A stretch of DNA of 64,000 nucleotides from contig CAWARO010000002.1 of assembly GCA_963784445.1 (NCBI GenBank), forward strand, positions 563,733 through 627,732, read 5' to 3'. How positions within the stretch are numbered: position 1 is the first letter of the stretch; each line of letters begins with the position of its first letter. The position numbers and the translations under genes are program-made. Positions 38,426 to 47,656 of the stretch are shown here, piece after piece. The stretch is from an uncultured Acidimicrobiia bacterium. GTDB taxonomy: Bacteria > Acidobacteriota > Vicinamibacteria > Vicinamibacterales > UBA2999. Below the pieces are notes generated by a model. It was not told the origin of the DNA and made no database searches. It saw only the letters and a list, made by a program, of their open reading frames with translations.

Positions 38426-39865
38426 CTACTTGCCGGTCGTCCTGTACGCAGCCAGCACCTTCGACAGCTCGGCCCTCGCCGACGCATGCGCTGGATCGGC
38501 AGCGAGGTTTCGCGTCTCCCCCGGATCGCGCGTCATGTCAAACAGCTGCGTGCCCGCGTTGCCCCCGTCCCACTCGATATAGCGATATGCCGCTGAGCGC
38601 ACCGCGTAGCCGTTCCGAATCTGCGTGAACGCGTACGGCTTGACCGAGCGCGACGGATCGTCGAGGAGCGGGCGGAGGCTGGTCCCCTCGATCTCCGCCG
38701 GCGGTGTCAGCCCGGCGAGGTCGGCCAATGTGCGATAGAGATCGACGAGCTCGGCCAGGCCGGCGGTCACGCGTCCTTTCCCAGCCGCGCCCGGCGCGGC
38801 GATCACGAGCGGCACGCGCGCGCTCTTCTCGAACAAGCTGGTCTTCTGCCACAAGCCGTGATCGCCGAGGTGGTAGCCATGGTCGCTGGTGAAGATCACG
38901 ATCGTGCGATCCGCGAGCCCCAGTCGATCGAGCGCCTTCAGGACCACGCCGACCTGTGCGTCCATCAGGCTCGTCGAGGCGCGGTATGCACGAATCGCCT
39001 CGCGTTTGCGTGTGTCATCCAGTTTGTCTTCCACCGCCCGCGCGCTGGCATACGCGTCCGCCGGCACGCGCGCGCGGTCGTCATCGCTGAGGCTGGGCAG
39101 CGTCACGCGACTCGCATCGTACTGATCGAAGTACGGCTTTGGCGCGACGAAAGGCGTGTGCGGCCGATAGAAGCCCACCCCCAGGAAAAAGTGACGCTTC
39201 TCCTTCGCGAAGCGCTCGAGCAGCCGGACCGCCTCGTTCGCGGCAATGCCATCGGTCTGCTCTGAATCCGGCGCCTCGTCTGCCAGCCAGCTGAGCGTCG
39301 CGCCAAAGTTACCCGGCTCACCGATCGTGGTGATGCGGTCGTGCGCCTCGCGATCGTGTCCGCGTGGATTGATGGTCACGTCCCACGAGCGATAGTCGTC
39401 CAGGCTCGACGTGCCGATGTCGCCCGGCACGCCGTAGTGATAGAGCTTGCCGATGCGCGCGGCCACGTAGCCGTTGCTCTTGAACAACTGCGGCAGCGTC
39501 ACGGCCGCGGGCAGTTTCTCGCGGAGGTGGGGAGACATCGGCCGCGCGGGCGCGGGGTTGGCCAGCACGCCGGTCGAGTTCGGCCGCCGGCCGGTCAGGA
39601 ACGACGAGCGGCTGGGACTGCAGAGCGGGAACTGGGAGTAGGCGCGATCGAAGCGCACGCCGCGAGCGGCAAGCGCGTCGATGTTCGGGGTCCTGACGGG
39701 CGCGCCGTAGACGCCGAGGTCGACGTTCAGATCGTCGGCGACGATCAGCAACACGTTCGGGGCACTTGGTGGGGGCGGAGGCGGAACCGGTTGCGCGTAT
39801 GCACCCGGGGCACACGCGGCGAGGATCGCAACCAAGAGGCAGCGGCGCATCATGGCGCCCATCAT
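38426..39865 (-). CDS. Cys-type sulfatase (formylglycine-dependent)
   Basis: After a signal peptide come LLIVADDL, the FGly motif LCSPSRSSFLTGR (39608-39622) and IVIFTSDHGYHLGDHG. Confidence 0.9.
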   Translation of the reverse strand: MMGAMMRRCLLVAILAACAPGAYAQPVPPPPPPSAPNVLLIVADDLNVDLGVYGAPVRTPNIDALAARGVRFDRAYSQFPLCSPSRSSFLTGRRPNSTGVLANPAPARPMSPHLREKLPAAVTLPQLFKSNGYVAARIGKLYHYGVPGDIGTSSLDDYRSWDVTINPRGHDREAHDRITTIGEPGNFGATLSWLADEAPDSEQTDGIAANEAVRLLERFAKEKRHFFLGVGFYRPHTPFVAPKPYFDQYDASRVTLPSLSDDDRARVPADAYASARAVEDKLDDTRKREAIRAYRASTSLMDAQVGVVLKALDRLGLADRTIVIFTSDHGYHLGDHGLWQKTSLFEKSARVPLVIAAPGAAGKGRVTAGLAELVDLYRTLADLAGLTPPAEIEGTSLRPLLDDPSRSVKPYAFTQIRNGYAVRSAAYRYIEWDGGNAGTQLFDMTRDPGETRNLAADPAHASARAELSKVLAAYRTTGK

Positions 39866-39884
39866 AGGCCCTACAGGCTCATCC

Positions 39885-42422
39885 TCAGCGCCCGGTTCGC
39901 ACGCGGCTGCCTTGCATCACGAACGCCAGCTCGCGCGGGTCGCCTGGGCGGTCGGGCGCCACCGTGTCGGACGTCAATCGCAAATCGTTGAGACCCGAAC
40001 GCGTTGCTGAAGCCGGCGCTTCGATCCGGCATTCGGTCCACGCCCCCGGCGGCAAGGTGCAGGACGACAGCTCAACACCATTGAGGGACGCGCGAATGGC
40101 CGCTCCGTTGGCGTGCGCCGCCCTCAGCCGCAGCAACAACCGCACGTCAGCGGGCTGTTCCATCCGCCACAGGGTTGACGAGGTCCTGGTCGACCACCGG
40201 TACTGCTGCGTGCCCGCGTGTTCGGCCATGTGCCACCCGGAACCAAAATGCTCGTCGTAATCGAACCCCACATCGAGCGCCCCCGTTGCCGGCAACGTCG
40301 TCACCGGGGCCTGACAGACGCGCACTGCGTGGTCGCTCGATTCGAGCGTGGCGGTGACGGCCGCATTCGGAATCGGGACTGACAACCGAAACACCGATCG
40401 CGTTCCCGGAACCGCATTGAGGATCAGTCGTGACGTGGCGGCAGCGACCGACGCCTCGCCGCGGCCGTTCGACAAGCGATGGCGCCATTCACCCGGCCGG
40501 GCCGCACCTTCGAGCGTGATCTCCGCAGTCCCGCGGCCATCGACGGTGGCATACCAGCCGCCTTCGGCGAGGATCCTCGATACGTCGACGCGCTGCGTGG
40601 TTCGCAACGTCTCGCATGGCACTTCACCACGAAGGATGAACGTCGCGGGAGGAATTTGCGCGCCGGGCTCCTCATTCGGCTTGAATTGCCAACGGCCGAC
40701 GACCCGTCCGGACGGGTTGATCACCACCACCACCAGCCCCCTGTCGATGGCCGCCAATACATCGTCGCCCCACATTACTTGCGGACCGTCGTCGTTGGCG
40801 GAGATCGTGAGCGGTCGGCCGCCAAGCTCGCGGCTGATCGACACCGTCGAGTCGTGTTGCTCGAGCTCGAGATCGGGCTGCCGGATCGTCCACGACACAG
40901 CGCCGAAGTTGGCGGGCCGTCCGCTTTGGTTACGAGCGGGCGTCGGCAGCCATTCGAAGGGCAACAACCTGCCGGCCGACGCCATGAGGACGTTCGTGCC
41001 GGCAGGCTGCTCCGCCATCCATCGCTCGAAGGGTTGCCACGATAGTCCCGTCGGTTCGAAACGAAGTCCGTACGCGGTCAGCGAGGGGATCGCCGCATCG
41101 AGAGCGAACACCGGCCGCCCTTCAGCCGCGGCGGCCTTGACGCGAATGGCATCGTTGTCGAGCAGGCGCGGGTTCGGATCCGGATCGTACTCGTTGGAAT
41201 AGTGCAGGTAATTGAGGATGCGGGCGATGAAGTAGTTGTGCGCCACGACGGCGCTGTTGGGAGGCAAGCGGCGGTACATCATCCTCAATGCGGGGCCTTC
41301 GCCCGGATTGAGCACAGGGGCCAGCTTCGGATAAATGGCGAACAGATTCCAGACTGGAAGTAGCAGCGCCGCCGCCGCGACGAGATTCACCGCGCGGTCG
41401 CCCGGCCGGATTGCCCGCACGATCGTTTCGAGCCCGTACGCCGCGAGCGCCCACAGCAGGACGATCACCGGGGTGATGAACCCGACGACGTCGCCCCACA
41501 GGTTGGCGATCATGGCGAGCGTCCCGGCCGCTCCGCCAGCCACCAGCAAGGCCTCCCAGTTCCTGCGCCATGCGGCGATCCCTATCCCGATCACCACGAG
41601 GATCACCGTCACCGTCCCCATGTGGACGCGCAATCCCTCGAGCAGCATCGGCACTTCGATGCCGACCACCTTGTCGGCCGCCTGATAGAACCGCGCCCAC
41701 GACACGTCGCGCGCGATGATCACGTCGTAGATGCCCCGGATGGTCGTGGCGCGCGCTTCGAGATAGGGCGCCCCCTGGATGGTGCGAAGCGCGATGAACC
41801 CGTACTGCGCTACGCCGATCGCGCCAATCACGGCGGCGGTGGCCAGCACCCGCGGCCGCAGCACCGACCGATCCCTGGCGATCCCGTAGATCAGCGCCGC
41901 CGGAAGTAGACCGACGATGGTGAGGTGGTTGCCGAGGCCGGCGGCGAAGACGATGCAGGCCGCATAAAGACGCCACAAGGTGCCTGTCTGGATCCACGCG
42001 ATCAGCAAATAGATGGTCCACGCCGACATCAAGGCGGCCAGCGTGTAGACCTCGGCGGTGATCGCATTGCTCCACACCGGAAAGCCGGTGGCGGCCGCGA
42101 GCGCCGCCACGGCTGCCAGCGATCGGGACACGCTCACTCGCCGGGCGATCAGGAAAATCAATACGCACGAGAAGACGCCGCAGATCGCCGAGAACAGGTT
42201 GACGCGATAGGCGAGCGTGCCAAGAGGCACGCGCGTGAACACGTACGTGGCGAGGGTGTAGAACGGGTAACCCGGCGTGTGGGCGGTGCCGAGGACCTGT
42301 CCGAGAAACTGAAACTTCGGTGAATCCTCGGTGCCGCCGACGTCGGGCCTGAGCGTGGCGAGAAAGAGTGCGCCCGTCAGTAGGGCGATCGCGATCGCCC
42401 ACACGACATCGCGCCTGTTCAC
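39885..42422 (-). CDS. DUF2723-like (TMEM260/GT-C-type) polytopic membrane protein
   Basis: The GTG start overlaps the upstream stop. The N-terminal signature is EDSPKFQFLGQVLGTAHTPGYPFY. About 10 TM helices are followed by a large soluble C-terminal domain. Confidence 0.8.
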   Translation of the reverse strand: MNRRDVVWAIAIALLTGALFLATLRPDVGGTEDSPKFQFLGQVLGTAHTPGYPFYTLATYVFTRVPLGTLAYRVNLFSAICGVFSCVLIFLIARRVSVSRSLAAVAALAAATGFPVWSNAITAEVYTLAALMSAWTIYLLIAWIQTGTLWRLYAACIVFAAGLGNHLTIVGLLPAALIYGIARDRSVLRPRVLATAAVIGAIGVAQYGFIALRTIQGAPYLEARATTIRGIYDVIIARDVSWARFYQAADKVVGIEVPMLLEGLRVHMGTVTVILVVIGIGIAAWRRNWEALLVAGGAAGTLAMIANLWGDVVGFITPVIVLLWALAAYGLETIVRAIRPGDRAVNLVAAAALLLPVWNLFAIYPKLAPVLNPGEGPALRMMYRRLPPNSAVVAHNYFIARILNYLHYSNEYDPDPNPRLLDNDAIRVKAAAAEGRPVFALDAAIPSLTAYGLRFEPTGLSWQPFERWMAEQPAGTNVLMASAGRLLPFEWLPTPARNQSGRPANFGAVSWTIRQPDLELEQHDSTVSISRELGGRPLTISANDDGPQVMWGDDVLAAIDRGLVVVVINPSGRVVGRWQFKPNEEPGAQIPPATFILRGEVPCETLRTTQRVDVSRILAEGGWYATVDGRGTAEITLEGAARPGEWRHRLSNGRGEASVAAATSRLILNAVPGTRSVFRLSVPIPNAAVTATLESSDHAVRVCQAPVTTLPATGALDVGFDYDEHFGSGWHMAEHAGTQQYRWSTRTSSTLWRMEQPADVRLLLRLRAAHANGAAIRASLNGVELSSCTLPPGAWTECRIEAPASATRSGLNDLRLTSDTVAPDRPGDPRELAFVMQGSRVRTGR

Positions 42423-43544
42423 CGGCTGGATTTTCGCTTGTCGAGGTACGCCGCTTTGAGCGCGTCCACGAAACGCTGATCGACGAGGCCCGGGGGATTG
42501 CCCTGGTAATTGAGGCTCTTCTCGGCGCGAAACTTGTCGACGGCCGCAATGACCTCGTCGTCGAACACGGCGTAGTCGCGCGTGTAGCTCGCCGAGGCCT
42601 GCTTCGCCTCCGCCAGCGCCTTTTCGTAGGCGGCCGGATTCGACTTGCGCAGCTCCTGCATCTTCGGCGAGTTGGCATTGGGCGGCGCCGATGGGAAGGT
42701 GGCGAGGGACGGACGCCAGTACCCGAGCGCGTGCAGCATGCGCTTGAGCTCGACCACGTCCTGGCCTTCAATCCGCGAGAATGTTCGATACCCGAGGCGT
42801 CGTCCCGTCGTGTAGTAAATCCGCTTCATCTCGCCGACGGGCTCGGCATGCTCGCCGACTTCGATCGCGAGCGCAATATGATCGCCGCCGCGGCCGGGAT
42901 CATTCGGATCGGCGATCTTGATTGCCGCCGACTGCAGATTCCCGAAGCGGCGATCGCCGCCCTTGTTCTGGCCGGCTTCCATCGCGAGGATCATGCGCTC
43001 CGCGAGCGGCACGCCCGCGCCTTCCATGGATTCGAACGTCGCCGCCACGGCCTCCACCACCTCGGGGCCAACCATGATGTTGGCCTGCACGGTGTAGTTC
43101 AGCCCCTGCTTCGAGCCGGCCCAATTGCCGTTGCTCTTGCCGGTGTGCGCGGCCGAGCGGCCCTTCATGTCGATCATGCCGAGCTGACGCGACTCGCGCT
43201 GCTGGTCGTCGGACAGCAGCTGCGCGATCGCGGCGGTTGGCTCGACGTCCTTCGCCATCAGGTCGAGTCCGCGCGGTCCGTATTCGACCACGGTCGACGC
43301 CTGCGTGCAGACGGCGCCGATGCCGGCGCGCACGTGAGGCACGGCGCGGCCCACAAACGGTACGCGAGTGGTGACGGCGGCGCCGGATTGACCCGTCGCG
43401 GGGTCTATCGCGCACAGCGAGAACGTCGAATACTGCGGGTTGCCGTCGTCGTTGATCGTGACGCCGTCCGCCGCACGCTGCTGGCGCAGCCGGCGAGATC
43501 GATGCCATGACGACGATTCCGAATAACGCAATGAGTGTTTTCAT
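42419..43544 (-). CDS. DUF1028 (Ntn-hydrolase-like) protein with C-terminal peptidoglycan-binding-like domain, frame broken near 43470-43496
   Basis: The signal peptide MKTLIALFGIVVMASISPAAPAA (ATG 43544) is in one frame. The body ...ADGVTINDDGNPQYSTFSLCAIDPATGQSGAAVTTRVPFVG... is in another. The C-terminus has a PG_binding-like pattern (GQDVVELKRMLHALGYW ... VIAAVDKFRAEKSL). Confidence 0.7.
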
Positions 43545-43562
43545 CGTCGCACCTTGTGCACG

Positions 43563-44924
43563 TTAACTAACCCACAGCCCTCGCGTGATCGTCGGCGACC
43601 CCGCGGCTTCAAACCAGTCGATGCCTTCGCTGACGAGGTCGAACTTCAAGGCGTAACGCCCCGGCTGCTCGGGCGCGGGAATGTCGATCTTCACCTGCGT
43701 GTGGTGTCCGGGCGGCAGATCGTCCGGCAACCACGCGCGCGCGTAATCGCGATCGATCAACGAGCCGTCCGGCGCAACCAGCTGCGCGCCCAACCGCACC
43801 AACCGGCGTCCCGAACTGGTGTTCTTCTTGAACGGCCGCGACGACAGGTTCCTCACCTTTGCGGTCAGCGACAACGTGGTGGCCGGCTTGACCAGGAACG
43901 GCAGGTCGGGCAGCACCGTGTGCACGTCGATCTCGGCGCGCGGCGTCCCTCCGGCAATCGCGTTGCCGAGCCCGCTGTTGTCCCAGATCTCGTGCCGGAT
44001 TCGTTCGTAGTCCGGCGTCCCCGGCGCGAATCGCCGCGAGAAGGCATTCTCGGGATGATCGGTGATCTCCCAACACAATCGATCGACGCCGATCTCGGCA
44101 GCCATCGCGCGGGCCTTCTGCATTTCCTCGTCGCTATCGTTCCAGTTGAACAGGATGTAGCGCCAGTTCACGAACGGCAGGTCGCGGCCGGTCTTGGCGC
44201 GCTCGTCGAGCAGCGCGCGCAGGTTGGCAATCGCCTTGTCAAAATTGCCGCGCTGACGGTATTGAACGTACGTTTCCTGCGATGCGCCATCGAGCGAGAA
44301 GGTGACTTCATCGATCCCCGAACGCGCCAGCTGCCGGACTTTCTCTTCGTTAAATGCCAGCCCGTTGGTGCTGGTGTAGAGATAGATGTGCGGAAACTTG
44401 GTCTTGATGTACTCGCACATCTCGACGGCGCGCTTGTGGAGGAACGCTTCGCCGTAGTTGAAGAAGTCGATGCGGCCGAGGGTTGGCCCGGCTTCGTCGA
44501 TCACCTTCGTAAACAGATCGAAGTCGAGCATGCCGGCCTGACGCGTGCGCGTGATGCCGGTTTCAGGCGCGCAGACCGCCTGGTTGCAGGAAATGTTACA
44601 GGCCGCAGTGCACTCGATATACAGCCGGCCCGGGATCGGGCTGACGTTCAGATCGCGCTGCGGGGGCGCCTGGTCGTCGGACAGCGGCAGCTTGAGTGGG
44701 CAGTCGCCGCAAAAGCTCGATCCGCCCTGGTTGATGTCGGCCCGCAGTTGCGAAGCCACGGGCCCTTGCCAGATGCCGGCAATCGACGTGGTGCGCGCGT
44801 CGCCGAGCACGCGCTTCGCGTACGGGTCGGCGCAGCCGCACACCATGCGGCCGTCGCACAACATCACGCCGATCTGCCAGGGCCACGAGCAGGTATAGCG
44901 CGTCGCGAGATAGTTCTCTGACAT
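43563..44924 (-). CDS. Radical-SAM-like enzyme with N-terminal SPASM/twitch-like Cys domain and C-terminal beta-sandwich-like domain
   Basis: The N-terminal Cys pattern is C12..C23DGRMVC29GC31...C72GDC75, with SPASM-like context (WPW, CDG..C, LGD....IW, CxxC). The core is LYIECTAACNISCNQAVC (44571-44615), FFNYGEAFLH, YTSTNG, TFSLDG. The C-terminus is PGRYALKFDLVSEGIDWF. Confidence 0.75.
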   Translation of the reverse strand: MSENYLATRYTCSWPWQIGVMLCDGRMVCGCADPYAKRVLGDARTTSIAGIWQGPVASQLRADINQGGSSFCGDCPLKLPLSDDQAPPQRDLNVSPIPGRLYIECTAACNISCNQAVCAPETGITRTRQAGMLDFDLFTKVIDEAGPTLGRIDFFNYGEAFLHKRAVEMCEYIKTKFPHIYLYTSTNGLAFNEEKVRQLARSGIDEVTFSLDGASQETYVQYRQRGNFDKAIANLRALLDERAKTGRDLPFVNWRYILFNWNDSDEEMQKARAMAAEIGVDRLCWEITDHPENAFSRRFAPGTPDYERIRHEIWDNSGLGNAIAGGTPRAEIDVHTVLPDLPFLVKPATTLSLTAKVRNLSSRPFKKNTSSGRRLVRLGAQLVAPDGSLIDRDYARAWLPDDLPPGHHTQVKIDIPAPEQPGRYALKFDLVSEGIDWFEAAGSPTITRGLWVS

Positions 44925-45200
44925 CTAGCCTTGGGCCGACTTTCCTAGTCTGCGAAGGTACGATTCGAGCTTGTCGTTCTGGTACTTCACCTGGTTGAGA
45001 AAAATACTTTCGGCGAGATACTCGCGCCGCTCGTCGTCAGTGAGCTGTTCGATCAGGTAATCGATCTCGCGCTTCATGTCCTCGAACGATCGCTCCAGCT
45101 CCTTGCGGGCCGTCACCTCGTGATAGAGCGTTTCGAGCACCGCGAGCAGGTCGCCGTCGAGAACGATCTCTGCGCCCGACGTGGTCTTGATGCTTCTCAT
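44925..45200 (-). CDS. Hypothetical acidic helical protein (91 aa)
   Basis: The stop TAG (44925-44927) directly abuts the radical-SAM ATG (44922-44924). It has no Cys and coiled-coil-like sequence (ARKELERSFEDMKREIDYLIEQLTDDERREYL). Confidence 0.6.
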   Translation of the reverse strand: MRSIKTTSGAEIVLDGDLLAVLETLYHEVTARKELERSFEDMKREIDYLIEQLTDDERREYLAESIFLNQVKYQNDKLESYLRRLGKSAQG

Positions 45201-45239
45201 GATTGAGCACCCGTCTGCGTAATCTGCGCCATCGGTGGC

Positions 45240-45581
45240 TTAGCTCCCGAAGCTCTGGAGGGCGCCTGCCTCATCCGGAAACATCTTCAGGAAATTGTGC
45301 GCGCCGGTCATGGTCAGCATCGTCTCGACGCGCTTGTTGACGCCGGAGAGGCGCAGCTGGCCGCCGGCCGCGGTGGCCTGGCGGTAAAGGTCCATCAGGC
45401 AGCCGATCGTCGCCGAGTCGACATACGTGACCTTCGACAGGTCGATCATCACCTTCTTGTCGCCGCTGGTGAGCAGGCCCATCACGGCGCCGGAGAAATC
45501 CGCGAGCAGCGGATACATCAGGCGCGTTTCGCCAACCCGGACGATGGCGATGCCTTGAGCACGATCAGTAGACAGATTCAT
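45240..45581 (-). CDS. STAS-domain anti-sigma-factor antagonist
   Basis: 113 aa with the SpoIIAA/RsbV-like pattern VMIDLSKVTYVDSATIGCLMDLY...GGQLRLSGVNKRVETMLTMTG. Its ATG overlaps the sigma gene stop (ATGA at 45578-45581). Confidence 0.85.
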   Translation of the reverse strand: MNLSTDRAQGIAIVRVGETRLMYPLLADFSGAVMGLLTSGDKKVMIDLSKVTYVDSATIGCLMDLYRQATAAGGQLRLSGVNKRVETMLTMTGAHNFLKMFPDEAGALQSFGS

Positions 45582-46174
45582 TCCGTTACCCCTTCATCCG
45601 TTTCTCGAATGCGCTGCACCTGGCGGGCCAGCTCCGTACGCCCGCGGTTGATGCGTGATTTCACGGTGCCTTCCGGCAACCCCAGTTGATCGGCGATCTC
45701 CTGGTACGACAACTCCTGGATGTCGCGCTTGACCACCGCTTCGCGCAGCGTCGGCGGCAGTTCGGCCATCGCCTTGCGCAGCAACTCGACCCGGTCGGCC
45801 TGCTCGAGCGCCTGATAGGCGCTTTGGCCCGGCGCCGCCGGCGTCAGCTCGCCGGCGTCGACGTCGCGATCGATCGTCTCGCGCTCCTTGCGCACGCTGC
45901 GATAGTGATCGATGCACAGGTTGCGGCTGACGCTGACCAGCCAGGTCTGGAAATTGGCGCGCCGATCGAACGTGTGCAGCGACTTGAAAATCTTGAGAAA
46001 GATGTCCTGCGTCAGATCCTCGGCTTCGTCGTGCCGGCCGGTGAATTTGTACGCGATGTTGAACACTTTCCGCCGGTGCTGCCGAACGATGTCTTCCCAA
46101 GCCACCTGATCGCCGCCAAGGCAACGCTGGATGAGCGCGTCGATCGCATCAGTAGGGACCGAAGGGTCAGACAT
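45578..46174 (-). CDS. ECF-type sigma-70 family RNA polymerase sigma factor
   Basis: ATG 46174 (MSDPSV...). Region 2 is DLTQDIFLKIF and FQTWLVSVSRNLCIDHYR. Region 4 is LSYQEIADQLGLPEGTVKSRINRGR. There is no region 1 or 3. Confidence 0.9.
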   Translation of the reverse strand: MSDPSVPTDAIDALIQRCLGGDQVAWEDIVRQHRRKVFNIAYKFTGRHDEAEDLTQDIFLKIFKSLHTFDRRANFQTWLVSVSRNLCIDHYRSVRKERETIDRDVDAGELTPAAPGQSAYQALEQADRVELLRKAMAELPPTLREAVVKRDIQELSYQEIADQLGLPEGTVKSRINRGRTELARQVQRIRETDEGVTE

Positions 46175-46242
46175 CGCTAACGAGGCTCCGCCACCGACCA
46201 TCCCGCAGGCGCCATCGGCTCCGCCTCGCTGGGGCAGCGTTT

Positions 46243-46267
46243 CTTGCCCCGCCTCCGGCGGGGCGAG
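46243..46267. promoter_or_regulatory. 11-bp-stem hairpin in the sigma/lysA divergent region
   Basis: cttgccccgcc-tcc-ggcggggcgag lies ~70 nt upstream of the sigma-factor start. No U-tract follows on either strand. Confidence 0.3.
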
Positions 46268-46328
46268 ACGTCCTGAAGGGTTCATGAAGTTGATACGAGA
46301 ACATGCGCCGGTCCCTTCATGACGTCTG

Positions 46329-47654
46329 GTGAACCGGGAACGACTCGTCCCCGACTCGAAATCATACCATCCCGTCCCGCCAAGCTCGGCCGCATGTCAC
46401 GATAGAATCGGGGGAGTGGCTGCCACCACTCCCTCGACACTTTCAGACCAGAGGACCGCGCGGCTCGGCGACATCGCCGCGTCGGCCGGCACGCCCTGCT
46501 ACGTCTACGACGCCGGCGGCATTCGCGCCGCCTACGCCACCCTCGATCGCGCCTTCGACGGCTATCCGCACGCGATTCACTACGCGCTGAAGGCCAATTC
46601 GTCGCTGGCGGTGGTGCGACTGCTGCAATCGCTCGGCAGCCACGCCGACGCCAATTCGCTTGGCGAAGTGGACGTGGCGCTGCGGTGCGGTTTCCGTCCT
46701 GATCAGATCGTGTTTACCGGCGTCGGTAAGAGCGCCGCCGAGATCGATCGCGCGGTGTCGCTCGGGTTGCTCGCGATCAACGTCGAGTCGCCGGGGGAGC
46801 TCGACCGGATCGATCAGCGCGCCGTCGCGCAGAACGTCCGGGCGCGGGTCGCGCTGCGCGTCAATCCCGACATCGACGCGAAGAGCCACCCGCACATCTC
46901 CACGGGGCTCAAGTCGAATAAGTTCGGCGTGCCGATCGACGAAGCGCCGGCGCTGTTTCGCGAGATGGCGGGGCGGCGCGGCTTGCAGCCGGTGGGCGCG
47001 CACGTCCACATCGGCTCGCAGATCACCTCGCTCGAGCCACTCGAGAAGGCGGCGCAGGCGGTGGTGTCGCTCGCGCATGCGCTCCGTGGTGAGGGCATCG
47101 AGCTGCAGCATCTCGACATGGGCGGCGGTCTGGGGATTTCGTACGACGGCAGCCCGGTGGCCGACCCGGCGGCGTATGTGCGCGCCCTCGTCGGCGCGAC
47201 GCGCGGCAGCGGCTTGAAGGTGGCGATCGAACCCGGCCGCGTGCTGGTGGGGCCTGCCGGCGTGCTGCTGACGAAGGTCGTGGACGTCAAACAGTTTCCC
47301 GGTGCGAAGCGTTTCGTCGTGGTGGACGCGGGCATGACCGAGCTGATGCGGCCGGCGCTGTACAACGCCTATCACCGCATCGAGCCGCTGGTGCGCCGCG
47401 ACGGTGACGAGACCATCGTCGATATCGTCGGCCCGATCTGCGAGAGCACCGACGCCTACGCGCGCGATCGCGCGTTTCCGCCTGTGCACGTGGACGATCT
47501 GCTCGTGGTCGCCGACGTAGGCGCCTACGGCGCCGCGATGGGGCATACCTACCTGCGCCGTCCGCTGCCGCCTGAGGTGATGCTCGACGGCGGCGACTGG
47601 CGTATCATTCGCCGTCGTCAGACGTTGGACGAACTGCTGTCTCTCGAGGAATAG
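46329..47654 (+). CDS. lysA: Diaminopimelate decarboxylase
   Basis: Motifs include GTPCYVYD, HYALKANS (PLP Lys), DMGGGLGI, EPGR and CESTD. The start is uncertain (GTG 46329 or GTG 46416). Confidence 0.9.
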   Translation: MNRERLVPDSKSYHPVPPSSAACHDRIGGVAATTPSTLSDQRTARLGDIAASAGTPCYVYDAGGIRAAYATLDRAFDGYPHAIHYALKANSSLAVVRLLQSLGSHADANSLGEVDVALRCGFRPDQIVFTGVGKSAAEIDRAVSLGLLAINVESPGELDRIDQRAVAQNVRARVALRVNPDIDAKSHPHISTGLKSNKFGVPIDEAPALFREMAGRRGLQPVGAHVHIGSQITSLEPLEKAAQAVVSLAHALRGEGIELQHLDMGGGLGISYDGSPVADPAAYVRALVGATRGSGLKVAIEPGRVLVGPAGVLLTKVVDVKQFPGAKRFVVVDAGMTELMRPALYNAYHRIEPLVRRDGDETIVDIVGPICESTDAYARDRAFPPVHVDDLLVVADVGAYGAAMGHTYLRRPLPPEVMLDGGDWRIIRRRQTLDELLSLEE

Positions 47655-47656
47655 TA

